Assembly (NCBI GenBank): GCA_951406725.2
Contig: OX597821.1
Location: 85,188,001 to 85,252,000, forward strand
Length of the DNA: 64,000 bases
Source: Octopus vulgaris
Taxonomy: Eukaryota
Reading direction: 5' to 3'
Part shown: positions 51,462 through 64,000 of the stretch, one piece after another
Layout of the letters: every line of letters begins with the position of its first letter
Numbering within the stretch: the stretch's first letter is position 1
Notes under the pieces: model-generated
The model's input: only the letters and a program-made list of their open reading frames with translations
Told to the model about the DNA's origin: nothing
Databases searched by the model: none
Made by a program: the position numbers and the translations under genes

Positions 51462-54400
51462 CACTACGTAATCATTCGACATGCTAGAAATAGCAGCCAT
51501 ATTTCCTTCAAATCACACCCTACGTTTATGTGAATTACAGAAGGCCTCATTGATAACGAAGTCCTACGTATTCTTTAAAATGGGATGGTCATGGCTGGAA
51601 TACTTTTTAGGGATGACGACAATATAATATAATTGTAATATTTATTACTTCCTGTTATCAAAGGTGACATATAATGATTTACTGTAATGAGATTTTTCAT
51701 GTACTTTAATCCTACGCGGATGTTTTAATTAGATTTTGTATTAAGTTGAATCCTGTCGAAAGTTCCTTCTGTCTGTCATGTGCTCGCTAATTAATTATTA
51801 CACTATAGCTTTCATTATAGAGAGTGTCTATTGTCATTATTGTTAAAAAGTTCTTGTTTATCAATATTTTGTCTATCTGCCTATCTATGGATTTATTTAT
51901 TTCTCATCTTTTGTTAAGCTTGCAAACGATTTCTCGTTAAAACTTTTTGTCAGAATAGTTGATGTCCACCAAAGATATGTCATCTGTTCCAAATTTGATC
52001 ACATCGTGACGTCGGGAAATTCCATTCTATCTTTGTAATATAAAGCAAAAAACAACTAAATAGTGAAAGGTTTGGCCATACATATTGTTCGACCAACTTA
52101 CATGCACCACTCCTTCAACCAAACAATACTATTACAAATTAAATTTAAGCGAGACCACTGACTCCTGTCATGACTAGTATATACTTATTTTATGTGATTT
52201 TTTAAGAAGAAATAAGTTATTTTGAACCGATTTTTTACTGTTTTTTGTCTACTATTTCTTGTATTCCCCATCGCCCCTATTCCCTCATTTTTGCCCTCTG
52301 TCATTCCTCTATGCTCTCTCCCTTCTTGTTCCTTACACGTTTCAACTGCCGCAATATTTACCAGCATCATGTTACGAGAGAATTTATTGTTCATCATTTC
52401 TACACGCCCCAAAATTTCATTTCCGACACTCCACCCTTATGGAGATTAAAATTTCTCAAAATAAGTGACTTAAAATATATATCAATACTATCCAAAGAAT
52501 TGGGGCCCGTCTATAAAATCTAGAACTTTGTAGTTACTCGGTATTTCATCAGCATCACTTTCTTGTTTGCGGCTTCGGTTATCTGGCACAAAATGAAGTG
52601 CTTGCATATTTTCCCTCGTCTAATGTGAGTGGGTGTATATGTCTTACGCGGAGTTTGTGTGTCTATAGAAACATTCATACAACAATATTTCCGACTTGAT
52701 ATCCTTCATCTTCAGTTGGAACCCACACCTAGTTAGTTGCATATGATTTCCCTTTTCAAGGATTTATTTGTACAGTTTCATATCAAGAATTTCATTAAAC
52801 TTGTACTATTACACTCGTCTCACGAGGTGGGTGTGATCTCTGGTTGGCAGACTTTCGGAATAGCTATCACTACCTCACGGAGAATGGAAAGGGCAAGGAA
52901 TTGGATGTTTCTTTCGATGAAATTTTTTTTTTCCAAAATATTCTATTTTTCACATTCTTGCTACATCTCTCTATCAAATCTGTGCCCTTTTCATTTTCCT
53001 TCGATATATATTTTTTGTTGCTATTACGCACATCTCACAAGACAAGTGTAATATTAAAAAAAAATTACATACATACATACATACGCTTCAGTATTCATTT
53101 ACTCCATTATTTACATGATTGACCCTCATTTTAACACCTCGAGTCACGAGCCAATGTAGGAATCTGTAATGCCATCACTCAACCTGCTAGAAATAACAAT
53201 CAAATTTCCATCAATTCTCACACTACCGTTGTAAAAGATACACCAGACAAATATAGTTCCAGATATACGAAAAGATGGGATGGTCACAATTAGGACACTT
53301 TTGATGTAAGTCAGTTGGAGAAGTGCTGAGTTAGGACTTAAAACTGCATGAATAATCATAATCTATTTTTCCCTATAACTAATTACATATGTTTTAATTT
53401 GGCAGTTTTCTGCCCACTGTCATGCTAGCTAGTTTGACCATGGCCTCCAGACAGATCACTGTAGTCTGTTTAGCAACTCACATATTGTAATCGATTTACT
53501 GTAACTTGCCCATAGAACTTCACAAAACTCAACTCCTTTCATAACCTCAGCTACAGGAAACTTTTAACTCTCTGCTCTGAACGTCTGTGCTTGTTTTCAG
53601 ACTTAGCCGTTATTTCACATGTTCTTAACATATGAAGTTTTCCTTTAGTAAGTAGCAAGTTACTCTGTTGGTTGAAGAAAAACAAAACAATGGAAATGTC
53701 TTGTATATGATGCATGGACGTCAGATAAATATGTCCTGTGTGTCACATTTGATACACAGGACAGGCAGAGGGGTTATGCTAACTAACAGGTACTGTGATC
53801 TTTCAGTGTAGAATATATTCTTCAGAGATATCAGTTCTGAGCTCAAATCCTGCCATGGCTGTCTTTGCCTTTCATCCTTCTGGTCTTCATAGCAACAGTG
53901 AAGTACTGTGGGCTGGTTTAATTGAACATATCTTGGTCTGAATTTAAGGCCTTGTGTCTGTATAAAAAAAACTATTATATGTGTATGTGTGTTCAGAATG
54001 TGGCTCAAGTACAAAATACTGTTTTGTTTTTTACACCATGTTTTTCATTGTAGTCGTAATTGGAATTGTCAAGTTCAACACAACTTTCCAGTCTTACTCA
54101 CTCTCTTTGTACCAACTTTAACTGGGAAGGACTTCTTGAATTACTATAACATTTACTCTACTCGCAGCTGCCCATCACTCATAAGTTGCCCCCCCCCCAT
54201 TCCCTGGCCTAATTTACTTGACCTCTTTTTCACTTTAACCTGCCTACTTCACTTTTACTCCATCGCTTCTGTTTGCTACTAAGCCAATGAGCAAGCAAGC
54301 TGTTATGTAGTTACTCAATCTGTTCGGAAAAGCAGCAGACTTTCCTTCAGTTCACACTATATACTGTTTTGAAAATAGGAAGGACACATTGCAAAAATCT

Positions 54401-54498
54401 AATCTAATCTTAAATCTTGTAAAAAATCTAATCTAATCTTAGAGAAATTAAAAGGCAACACTAAAGTCACAGCCTCAGGCTGAAACTGGTAAAAATAT

Positions 54499-54698
54499 AC
54501 TCTTTTACTCTTTTACTTGTTTTAGTCATTTGACTGCGGCCATGCTGGAGCACCGCCTTTAGTCGAGCAAATCGACCCCGGGACTTATACTTTGTAAGCC
54601 CAGTACTTATTCTATCGGTCTTTTTTACCGAACCGCTAAGTGACGGGGAAGTAAACACACCAGCATCGGTTGTCAAGCAATGCTAGGGGGACACACAA

Positions 54699-54752
<54 letters not shown>

Positions 54753-54915
54753 GACAGGCTTCTTTCAGTTTCCGTCTACCAAATCCACTCACAAGGCATT
54801 GGTCGGCCCGGGGCTATAGCAGAAGACACTTGCCCAAGATGCCACGCAGTGGGACTGAACCCGGAACCATGTGGTTGGTTAGCAAGCTACTTACCACACA
54901 GCCACTCCTGCGCCT
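54499..54915 (-). mobile_element. SINE family A, full length, in the EHD intron
   Basis: Matches the family consensus. Confidence 0.9.
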
Positions 54916-55305
54916 ATATTACATTATACGAAAAATACAGAAAAGAAACTGAATAGTTGTTATGAAACAACTTTGATCATAGGGCTTGCTAGATCAGAGT
55001 TGACTTAGGTTCTAAGCAACATCTTACTTTCAACTTATTATTGCCTTCTTAACACCACTACCAGATGTACACATAACACAAACACCTCCTTTACCTCAAG
55101 TATTATAGTCATCTGGCTCTAATTATTGATGAAACTATTTTATATACAAAAGACAAAGTAGAATATATGTGAGAAAAACATTAGTAGATGACTAATATCT
55201 TTTTTTCTTATCATTTTCCTGGCAAGTGCAGGAAACAATTTCTAATATGTTTCTACCTCATTTTGACATCATCAATGAGGTTTACTTTACTGTAAACTTT
55301 GCAGA

Positions 55306-58300
55306 GGGTGATTCCATGTAAACCAGGGACAAAAAAAAGGTATTTTGAAATCCACCATCTCAGATTTTCAGCAAATTTTCAGCGACCTGTTGTTCCTATC
55401 ATTAAAAACAGAAAAAGTGCAAAATTTCAAGCCCCAACTCCCAATGCTTCAAAAGTTATACTGATTTGAAATTTGGCTCAAATCACCTATTTTTAGGCTT
55501 GCAGTGCCCATCTTGAATTTCAATGCTGTAACAAATAATGTAGTAATAACTTTCAATCCACATAGACTATTTTTCTGAAAATTTGTACCTGACATTTTTT
55601 GGGGTGCTGAATCGAAATTTAAAGAGGAAAAAAAGTGTATTTCTCATGGTTAAGTGTTTGTTTTCTTGAATCAAAATGGAAACACTTCACTGTTTTCCCC
55701 CTGACACTGCTGTGTGCTCAAAGCCAAATTCTCAGAAGTGCCCAAATCCTACAGCTTTGAAATTTTTTGCTCATAAACTAGACATAATCTTTTACTTGTG
55801 TGTGAAAATCTCAGTGGTACTCTCAAGACATCAAAAGTTATTATCATTCATCTCAGAAGAATAATTTTAAAATTTTTCTCAAAAGCAAACGTGTCAGAAA
55901 ATTGATTGCATTTGACCAGTCAGTTAAAACCAATCAATACATCCAACATTGATGGCAAATCATGGTCCAAGAGGTAATAATGCAACAGATATAATTTTCA
56001 GACTTAATATCACTTACATATAACATTTCTGAGTCATATTGATCCTGTTGTGATCAAGAGACTCTGTACCCTCTAGTCCATGGCCAGATTTTCACAAGTT
56101 CCAGGAATGTTTATACCATGATAAAACTTGGCACATAATATCATGTACTTTGTATCAGTAAAGTTTGCATGTTGTCTTTTTCAAACATTTTGCTTTGTAT
56201 GGTGTTGTTCTTTCAGAAATATTGTCGTCAGTTACTTCTGAGCAGCCATTATTTTCTAAAACATGTTGGTGCAACATTGAAAGGAGCTTGAATTTTTGCC
56301 ATATTTTGGTCTATTCACCTTCAGCAAAATGGCTGTCAGCAGAAAACTACACTAGATATGGAGCTTGTTTTTGTTTTAAACAAATTTCAGTCACACATAT
56401 CAGACAAATTTTCAGACCAGCTGTTTGTGAAACAGTCACGAGGAAAGAAATTAGTGGGTTTGTTTGATTCAATAGCTTCTCATCACTTGGCTATTTCAAT
56501 TCAGCGTCTTGAAAGTTGGTCTGAAATCTTCAGCCTAGTATTGCAACAACTTTCACTTTCAGGCAGTATGAAAGCATTTTGTGGTGAGCACTAGATCTTG
56601 AAATTTATGTACAATCAATGGAAATTCAAAACTTGCCAGTTTTCATGATCTGTTGAACAAAGCTCTGAAGTGCACTGTATTCTCAAGCACTCATCATATC
56701 TATGAAATGCGCACAATGGTTAAAATTATTTCTTTAAAAAGTCAACATGCATCCGAAACAAGCCACGAAAAGTCAAATTTTAAAAAGGATGCACATTCAT
56801 CAGTAAAAATGTGTGTTCACCAGGTTGAAAAAGAGTAAATTTTTTTAATTTGGGGTAACAATATAGCAGCAAAGGAATTTGGAAAATTTCCTTTTTTTTG
56901 AAAAACAAAATCTGTTTTTTGGGGTGGTGGGTGGGGTGGATTTGACAAATGTGTTCTTTCCTCAAAAATTTCATCAAAGTGTGCCTTCATGTGAGTCATG
57001 AACATGTCTCTTGCTTTCTAGAGTAGGGGTTGAAAAATAGTGTCAAACTTGAAGAATGAAATGATTGTGCTTCCTTGTCTCAATTCAAACTCAATTGAAA
57101 GAAGGCTCAGCAATCCTTTTACAAACAACAAAATGACAAACATTCACATGGAAAGTATATCCTTGATCATTTTGATGTCATTTTTTGTCAGATGGTACTG
57201 TCACTCAGGCAGTGATGACAGTTGAGGAGGCTCAATTCTGACAACCATCTGTGTCAGTGGTACCCAGCATAAATCATCTCTTGTTGACCAGAGATGAATG
57301 AATGATTTGGAAGGTATGGATGCATAAATTTCACCTTCACATTATTTGCTTCCCAATCTATCTGGACAACAATGCCAACCCAGTGTTGTTCATCATATCT
57401 GCAGAGAAGGTATTGAGAGAGTTTGATATCATCCGTATTAAGTTTGCATTGAATGTGTTTGCCCTGAAAGTCAAACTCAAGAGCATTACTCTCATCTGAT
57501 ACCCATTTCATCTTGATTGGTTGGTCTGAAGTTGGAGGAAACTAGTGGTAACTTCTGCTGCCTGGAATAGTTTTTGCTAAAGCAAATCTTTCAGCCAGTT
57601 CATTTCAGGTGAAGTCCATTGCTGCTGAAGGAATGTAGACAAATGTGATTCCTTGAATTGAACTTTCACAGAATTCAGTTTCGCACAGAATTTGTGAAGC
57701 AGTTGATTGCTGCAGGCTGGCTCTTGCTGTCAATCTTTTCACAGTCCCTCCTATTCCATCACAGGGTGACTTACGATGGCTGGTGGCAAAAAGTTCTACA
57801 CACAACTGATTGAGAAATCTATGAGATGATGACAAAGATTGAGGAAATGCTTGCAATTCTTATATTGAGCAGCACAACCATCTGAAAAATAATGAATGAC
57901 TTCAATTGAATGTAATTTGTTGTCTCCTTCAGAACCTTGTAAACAAAACCAACATCATGATTAAGATCATCAGAAATGATGCAAATGGAAGAATTGTGAA
58001 GCATAGTTTGATTGTGAAAAATAGACAACCACAGGATGAAGTGAGCACTAGGTCTTATTCCAGTGCTATCTCTGGATTTTGTCTTGCACAACATATGAAC
58101 TATTTTCAGTGAAGTCTGCCAAAACTATGGCCTCATTTGGCCCTATCGTTTCTTTGAGGTATTTCAAGTAAGTTGACTGAGCATGAGCAATGAATGAGTG
58201 TGAGATGATTTTGTCAATTTTTCTCTGTCAGAAGGTCGAGAAATTCTTGAACAGACAGTGACACAGTGATGAGTTCAGTTGTATCAATACCCTGATGATC

Positions 58301-59077
58301 AAAACATAGACAAGTTGAAGAAAAGTCATTAAAATCACAAATGTGGCTTCCCTCTTCATAACAGAGAAACATTATGTTGACCAGGATGTATGTTTACACA
58401 TAATTAACTGACAATAACACAACTCAAACCACCACCACCAGAATCAGCTGTACTGATATGACCATTGTGAGAACAAAATTTGAAGAAGAAAACAGAAAGT
58501 GACAATTTCCTCTGACCATTGTGTTTCCTATGATTGTGGTTGGAAAATATCAAATGAATGGCTCGACTTGGTGGTTTGTAACTTTTCATGTCTTGAGAGT
58601 ACCATTGAGATTTTTCACACACAAGTAAAAGATTATGTTCAGTTTATGTGCAAAACGTTTTAAAGCTGTTGGATTTGGGCACTTATGGGAATTTGGCTTT
58701 GAGTACACAACAGTGTCGGGGGAATATGGTGAAGTGTTTTCATTTTGATTCAAGAAAACAAGCACTTTACCTTGAGAAATACACTCTTTTCTCTTCAAAT
58801 TTCGATTCTGCACCCCAAAAAATGGTCAGGTTCAAATTTTCATAAAAATAGTCCATGTGAATTGAAAGTTATTACTACATTATTTGTTGCAGTATTGAAA
58901 TTCAAGATAGTTGCTGCTAGTCTAAAAGTGGATGATTTGGGCCAAATTTCAAATCAGCATAACTTTTGAAGCATTGGGAGTTGGGACCTGAAATTTTGTG
59001 CTTTTTCTGGTTGAAATTTGTTGAAAATCTGAGATGGTGGGTTTCATGCCTGTCCCGCATTTATAATGGAATTACCC
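55306..59077 (-). mobile_element. Sola2-like DNA transposon, 3.77 kb, ~520-bp TIRs, disrupted transposase
   Basis: GGGTGATTCCAT / ATGGAATTACCC termini and near 4-bp TSD caga/caaa. Long TIRs (55306-55840 vs 58580-59077). Minus-strand remnants DFTEN, ISDDLNHD, FSDGCAAQYKN, FATSHRKSPCDGIGGTVKR. Confidence 0.82.
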
Positions 59078-59817
59078 CAAAGTAATAGCAAATAAGTCCT
59101 GTAGGTCTAGAAATATAGAAGTATTTAAAAATTAAGTAATTCTGTGATGTCATCTACACAGTAAACAAAAGATTGGTGGATGTTATACACCATGAATATA
59201 TGAGAATGGAATAAATTATACAGAGAAAATAAAATATTAGTTGATGATATCGAAATTGTGTAGAAAGATACCCAGAGTTAATTCCCTTGCTGAAAATTTA
59301 AATGATATTAGTTGTTGACTAATATTTTTTCTCACTGCTTATTGATTCTGATTTTGTATTTTAAATATGTTGGCACTAACATTACTTGCTCTTTATCATG
59401 CAGTTGTCTTAGAATTTTTAATTTCTAACCAATTTTATCTTGTATGGCTTTAGTAAATAACCTACTTTATTTGAACTTCGAACATGATACAATCTTCCCT
59501 GGCATGTTGATCTTCATACTTTTCTACTTTTCCAAAAGTCATACCAAAAGGTGGTGTGGTCATGGCCAGAACGCTTTTGATGATAGGTCTGCTCAGTAAA
59601 GACTAATCTGGTGTTAAATGACAGCATTAATCTCCAGTCTCATGAAAAACAAGTTTCCACTGTTCCATCCTCATTGTTCCACCCTTTAAATGGCATCTAA
59701 AAAGTGGCCACCCAACTGAATGACATATAGCTGCTTGCAGATATTACTTTCATGGAAGCTAACAGCTGTGTACTTCCATAAACCAAAAGTAAGATCCTTT
59801 GGTAACAATTGCTTTAT

Positions 59818-60142
59818 GGTGGTGACCCCCTTCGGTCAGACACTGACCATGGGTTTGCACCTAGAGAGTTACCCTCTGAGGCACAAGTCTGAGCAAGGTT
59901 GTTTTATGGAAGACCATACCGGCCTCCCCTCTCCACGTCACCGATGTTGTCCAAGGGAAAGGCAAGGGCCGATACAGCTTGGCACCTGTGACGTCGCAAT
60001 TCATTTTTACAGCTGAGTGAACTGGAGCAACGTGAAATAAAGTGTCTTGCTCAAGAACACAACACGCAGCCCGGTCCGGGATTCGAGCTCACAACCTCAC
60101 GATCGTAAGCTCGACACTCTAACCACTGAGCCACACGCCTTC
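59818..60142 (-). mobile_element. tRNA(Arg-like)-derived SINE family C
   Basis: Minus-strand head GGCGTGTGGCTCAGTGGTTAGAGTGTCGAGCTTACGATCGTGAGGTTGTGAGCTCGAATCCC, then a V-SINE-like TTCTTGAGCAAGACACTT..CACTCAGCTGTAAA. 14-bp TSD aacaattgctttat at 59804 and 60143. Confidence 0.88.
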
Positions 60143-61584
60143 AACAATTGCTTTATAGAACACCAATTTCCACCACCTTTAATGTAATTAAAGCATCATT
60201 AACAACTACTTTGGACAACAATCTAAATTTTGACCTTTCCCTAGTGATCCTAATAGGAATTTCATTAATTTATATCCAATGATAACTTACTTTTATATCA
60301 CAGAAACGGTCTCCAATGGTAGAACTGATTGTATTTGATGTTAGTGATTTGATATTAGCCTTTGACAAAATATGGTATACAAATATAGTCAAAATCCTTT
60401 CCTAAGGATTATGTGGTGGACTTGTCAACTAGCTTGAATGTCTTATCACTCCAGAACCTGTTCATCACTAAGTTCTCAAGTTCCCTGTCAGCTGTTCATA
60501 ATCTTTGGTGTTTTGCTTCACACAAAATGCTTTTTAGTAAAATATAACTTTGATAGCCATTCTTGGCTTTTGATATCTTGATATCAGTGACATTTTAATC
60601 TCTGACATAATTTTTATCACCTTTTACTCAATAAGATATTTTCAATCTGTAATTTTGGTTCATATTGAACTTTGTCTTAGAGTTTTTTCTATATAGCTTG
60701 CAATCTGTTCAACTAATATGTTGTCAAATTTGAGATAGCTAAATAGGTTAGGTGTTTAGCTGAAAAGGCAATATTGGTATCTTAAAGGAAGCTGATAGAC
60801 TGCTCTGCATCTATATCCAGTAAAAATAAGTTACCGGAGTCTAAATGTCTGAAATGTATTGTTGTTAATAAGATTATTTTTGTCTTCTGTCTATTAGCCT
60901 TGTGTGTCAATGCCCTGATGGATTACTATGCTGTTAAGCCTCAGTTTAGAAAGAAAAGTTCCTTATTCAGATTCTTTTTAATACTGTGTAACACATTGAG
61001 AAATGAAATAACTGATGAAGATAAGATCAGAAGTCATCATCATCATCATTTAACATCTTTTCTCCATGCTGGCATATGGGTTGAACAGTTCAACATGAAC
61101 TGACCAGACAGGGCTGCACCAGGCTTCAATATCTGCTTTGCCATTGCTTCTACAGCTGATGTCTTTTCTAATGCCAACTACTTCACAATGTACTGGGTGC
61201 TTTTTATTCATGGCACCAGCACTGGTGAGGTCACTAAGTACCCACAAGACAAGGTCCTTCAACTAAGTGGGGATGTGAAAGAAAATACTGATGTCTAACA
61301 TAGACACAATTTAGAGAGTGTGGCTGGAACTTTATTGAAACCTCAGGAGGATGAAAGGTAAAAATTGACCTCAGATTTGAATTTAGAACATGAAGTGCTA
61401 CAACAAAATACCACAAGGCATTTTTATGTGATACTCCAAGAATTCTAATATGCTGCCCTTGTCTTTTTAAATATTGAACAATCTTTATTCTCTTAAGATA
61501 GATTTGATAGTTTAAAATATTGACTTAAGAACCAGAGGAATGGTATTTTAGCCCCTTGTAAGTTATTATATTTCCCAAATAAGG

Positions 61585-61930
61585 CACTGGCAGGGCTGTG
61601 TGGTTAAGGAGCTTGCTTTGTAACCATGTGGTTTCTGGTTCAGCCCCACTGCATAGCGCTTTGGACAAGTGTCTTGTACTATAGACTTGGCCTACCAATG
61701 CCTTGTGAGTGAATTTGGTAGACAAACGTTGGAAGTCCATTGTATAAATGTGTGTGTATCTTTGTACTCCACCACTGCTTAACAACTAATGTTGGTTTGT
61801 TTGCATCCCTGTAAGTTAGTTTTTTTTTCAGGAAAAGAGATTGATAGAGTAACTATCAGAGGCGATTTGTTTGACTAAACCCTTCAAGGCAGTGTCCCTG
61901 CCTGGCTGCAGTCCTGTGACTGAAACAAAT
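61585..61930 (+). mobile_element. SINE family A, old diverged copy (a second one lies inverted at ~62290-62600)
   Basis: Degenerate match to the family head and tail. Confidence 0.75.
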
Positions 61931-64000
61931 TAGAAACTCATTTTTGTCTTTAAACTCAAATACATTACTTATTTTTCTTAGCTATAACAATAGCAAGATA
62001 TAAATATGGCCATTAATATGCTGGTATTGCTGACTTAAAAGTGGATTAGTAATGAAATCATTTTGTTTTGTGTTTTTTTACAAAGACAATTTGTTGTTAA
62101 TTCTCTAACAACAAACTGTCTTTTTTGACAATTATTTTAGCTGATTAGAAAATTAATCATGATTATCAATAGCAAAACTCCACCTCCTTCTCAACTGTGT
62201 TCTATAGTGTTTAGTTAGATATAATGAAATCCCTAACCTTGTTAATACTGATAACCTATATCTTGATTATTCTTTTATCATTTTTCCTTGTTTTAGTCTT
62301 TGGACTGTGACCATGCTGGGGCATTATCTCGAAGGGTTTAGTTGATCAGTTTGGCTGAAAGTACTTGTTTTAAGCTTGCTTAACTCTGGGGACACAAACA
62401 AACCAACACTGGTTGCGAAGTAGTAGGAAACAAATACCAAGATGCATATATGGTTGTGCCAAATTCACTCTCAAGACATTGGCACTCAGGGTATTGGTTG
62501 CACGGGAATTATGATACAAGACACTTAAGCTGCTTCATAGTGGGACTGAACCTGAAGCTGCATGGCTGTGAAGTGAACTTTTTAACCACACAGCCATGCC
62601 TACACATATAGTTTATTAAATTAGATCTGTTACAAAGCTTGTTATCAATAGAATTATCAGACTAGGTCAACAATGAGGAACAGATTACTAGAATGACTTG
62701 ATAGGTTTTTAGTACTCGTTGGTGATCACCATTAAGGTTAGTTTCCAGCAAACACCAAAGATAGTTTAGTTGAATCACTAGTATGTTGGTCTACTATCTG
62801 AATAGCTTAACTGTTTCCATGTCATTATTACCCTTGATATGACCTTCAAGAAGAAACTGTATTTTAATGACCCAAGTCATGTTACTTTAATTAGGTACCT
62901 TGGGCTGGCTTAGTTCAATTTCTGTAAGCAGACAACCATTGCAGTTGTTTTGTAAGTTTTCAGTTTTGAGTTGAAACCTTCCCTTGACTTAAACTGTAAT
63001 AAATTAGCTGTTACTTTTGTTAATATTGTAGGGTGGTGAATTAGTAGAATTATCAGTGTTGAAAGAAATGCTTTGTGGTATTTCTTCTGGGTTCAAATAT
63101 TGCCATGATCAAGTTTGGCTTGTGTCCTTTCACGATCAATAAAATAAAATACCAGTCAGGTACTGGGGTCAATAGTCAAATAACCCCAACCTCTGAAAAT
63201 TGCTGGCCTTGTACCTAAATTAGAAAGGATTATTATTTTTATCATGCAGAGAGAAAGAGATATCTCTCAGCTACATAGTGATATTAGAGTTGGTGCAAGT
63301 TTTGGTGTCCCTATCTTGTTACATAGGATGTTTCTAAGAGTTAGTTATCATTCACAGAGAATTTTTAGTGAAAGATCTTGTTCAAATTACTTTTAATAAG
63401 CCTTTCTCTCTGTCTCTTCTGTACCTTACTGTTAGGATGTTATTGGATTGATATTTGAGGAAATTTTCTCCAAGACATGTTAACATGAACAAATAAATAT
63501 AAAAATGATAATGGTAGCAGTGATTGAATTTAGATAAGAAAATAATGATTATTTTGCATTATTAATACAAGTTCCCACTGAAGACTTTGTAATCATCTTG
63601 GTTAGGCACAAAGAGGGAGGTTGTGGTATAATTTCCATGAAACACAATCAGGTATTAGTAAAAGATAAAGGTAATATTTAAAACAACACTTATTTTTGAA
63701 TTGATCAGCTGTCCTGTTCTGGTGGGAGTCAGAAGCATAAAATAATTTTAAAATTAACCTTATATTTTTAACATCATGGTACATAGAATGTAAATCTAGA
63801 CAAACTGTTGTCTGAAAAGCATTAAAATACATCCTTGGAAGTTGACAAGAACTACTTTCATTAGAGTGTGTACAAGTGTGTGAATGTAATAAAGAAAATT
63901 AATTAGGACTTACTGAATTGACAGCTGATTGGGTTTATTAATGAAGTATGTTAATTGTCTGGCTATATATAATATATATATATATGATATAAAATGTGTG

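Noticed and set aside
55760-55790. FAHKLDII resembling the EHD motif FDAHKLDIS (possible exon 2)
   Set aside because: It lies inside the transposon TIR and is mirrored in the other TIR (~58640). There are no flanking EHD residues or splice sites, so it is a coincidence. No further EHD exon was found in the window.
60070-60140. tRNA gene (minus strand)
   Set aside because: The tRNA-like head continues into a SINE body, has no clean acceptor stem, and is flanked by a 14-bp TSD. The same applies to the SINE A and B heads.

Overview
AT-rich, repeat-dense animal genomic DNA. The SINE, RTE and microsatellite landscape looks like an octopod cephalopod (Octopus-like); this is inferred from repeat style, not from a search. 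Two host genes are supported, both on +. (1) The last five coding exons of an ornithine decarboxylase gene (67-7167) with clean GT-AG phases and an intact GPTCD catalytic motif. (2) The first coding exon of an EH-domain/EHD (Past1/RME-1) ATPase gene (48903-49380), with an NRF1-type promoter upstream and an intron running past the window end. The rest is mostly mobile DNA: three tRNA-derived SINE families, three RTE LINE lineages, CR1 ends, mariners, a 3.8-kb Sola2-like element, two Helitrons, LTR/gag remnants, MITEs and long microsatellites. Most ORFs in the track are repeat artefacts. No CRISPR array or prokaryotic system is present. The best novelty candidates are a tandem array of ~62-nt structured modules with conserved stems and variable loops in the 3' UTR of the dominant RTE family, a twin-priming-like 5'-inverted RTE insertion with a 12-bp TSD, a SINE dimer inside one TSD, and Helitrons with different cargo near the EHD promoter. 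All coordinates were read by eye, and repeat boundaries are approximate.
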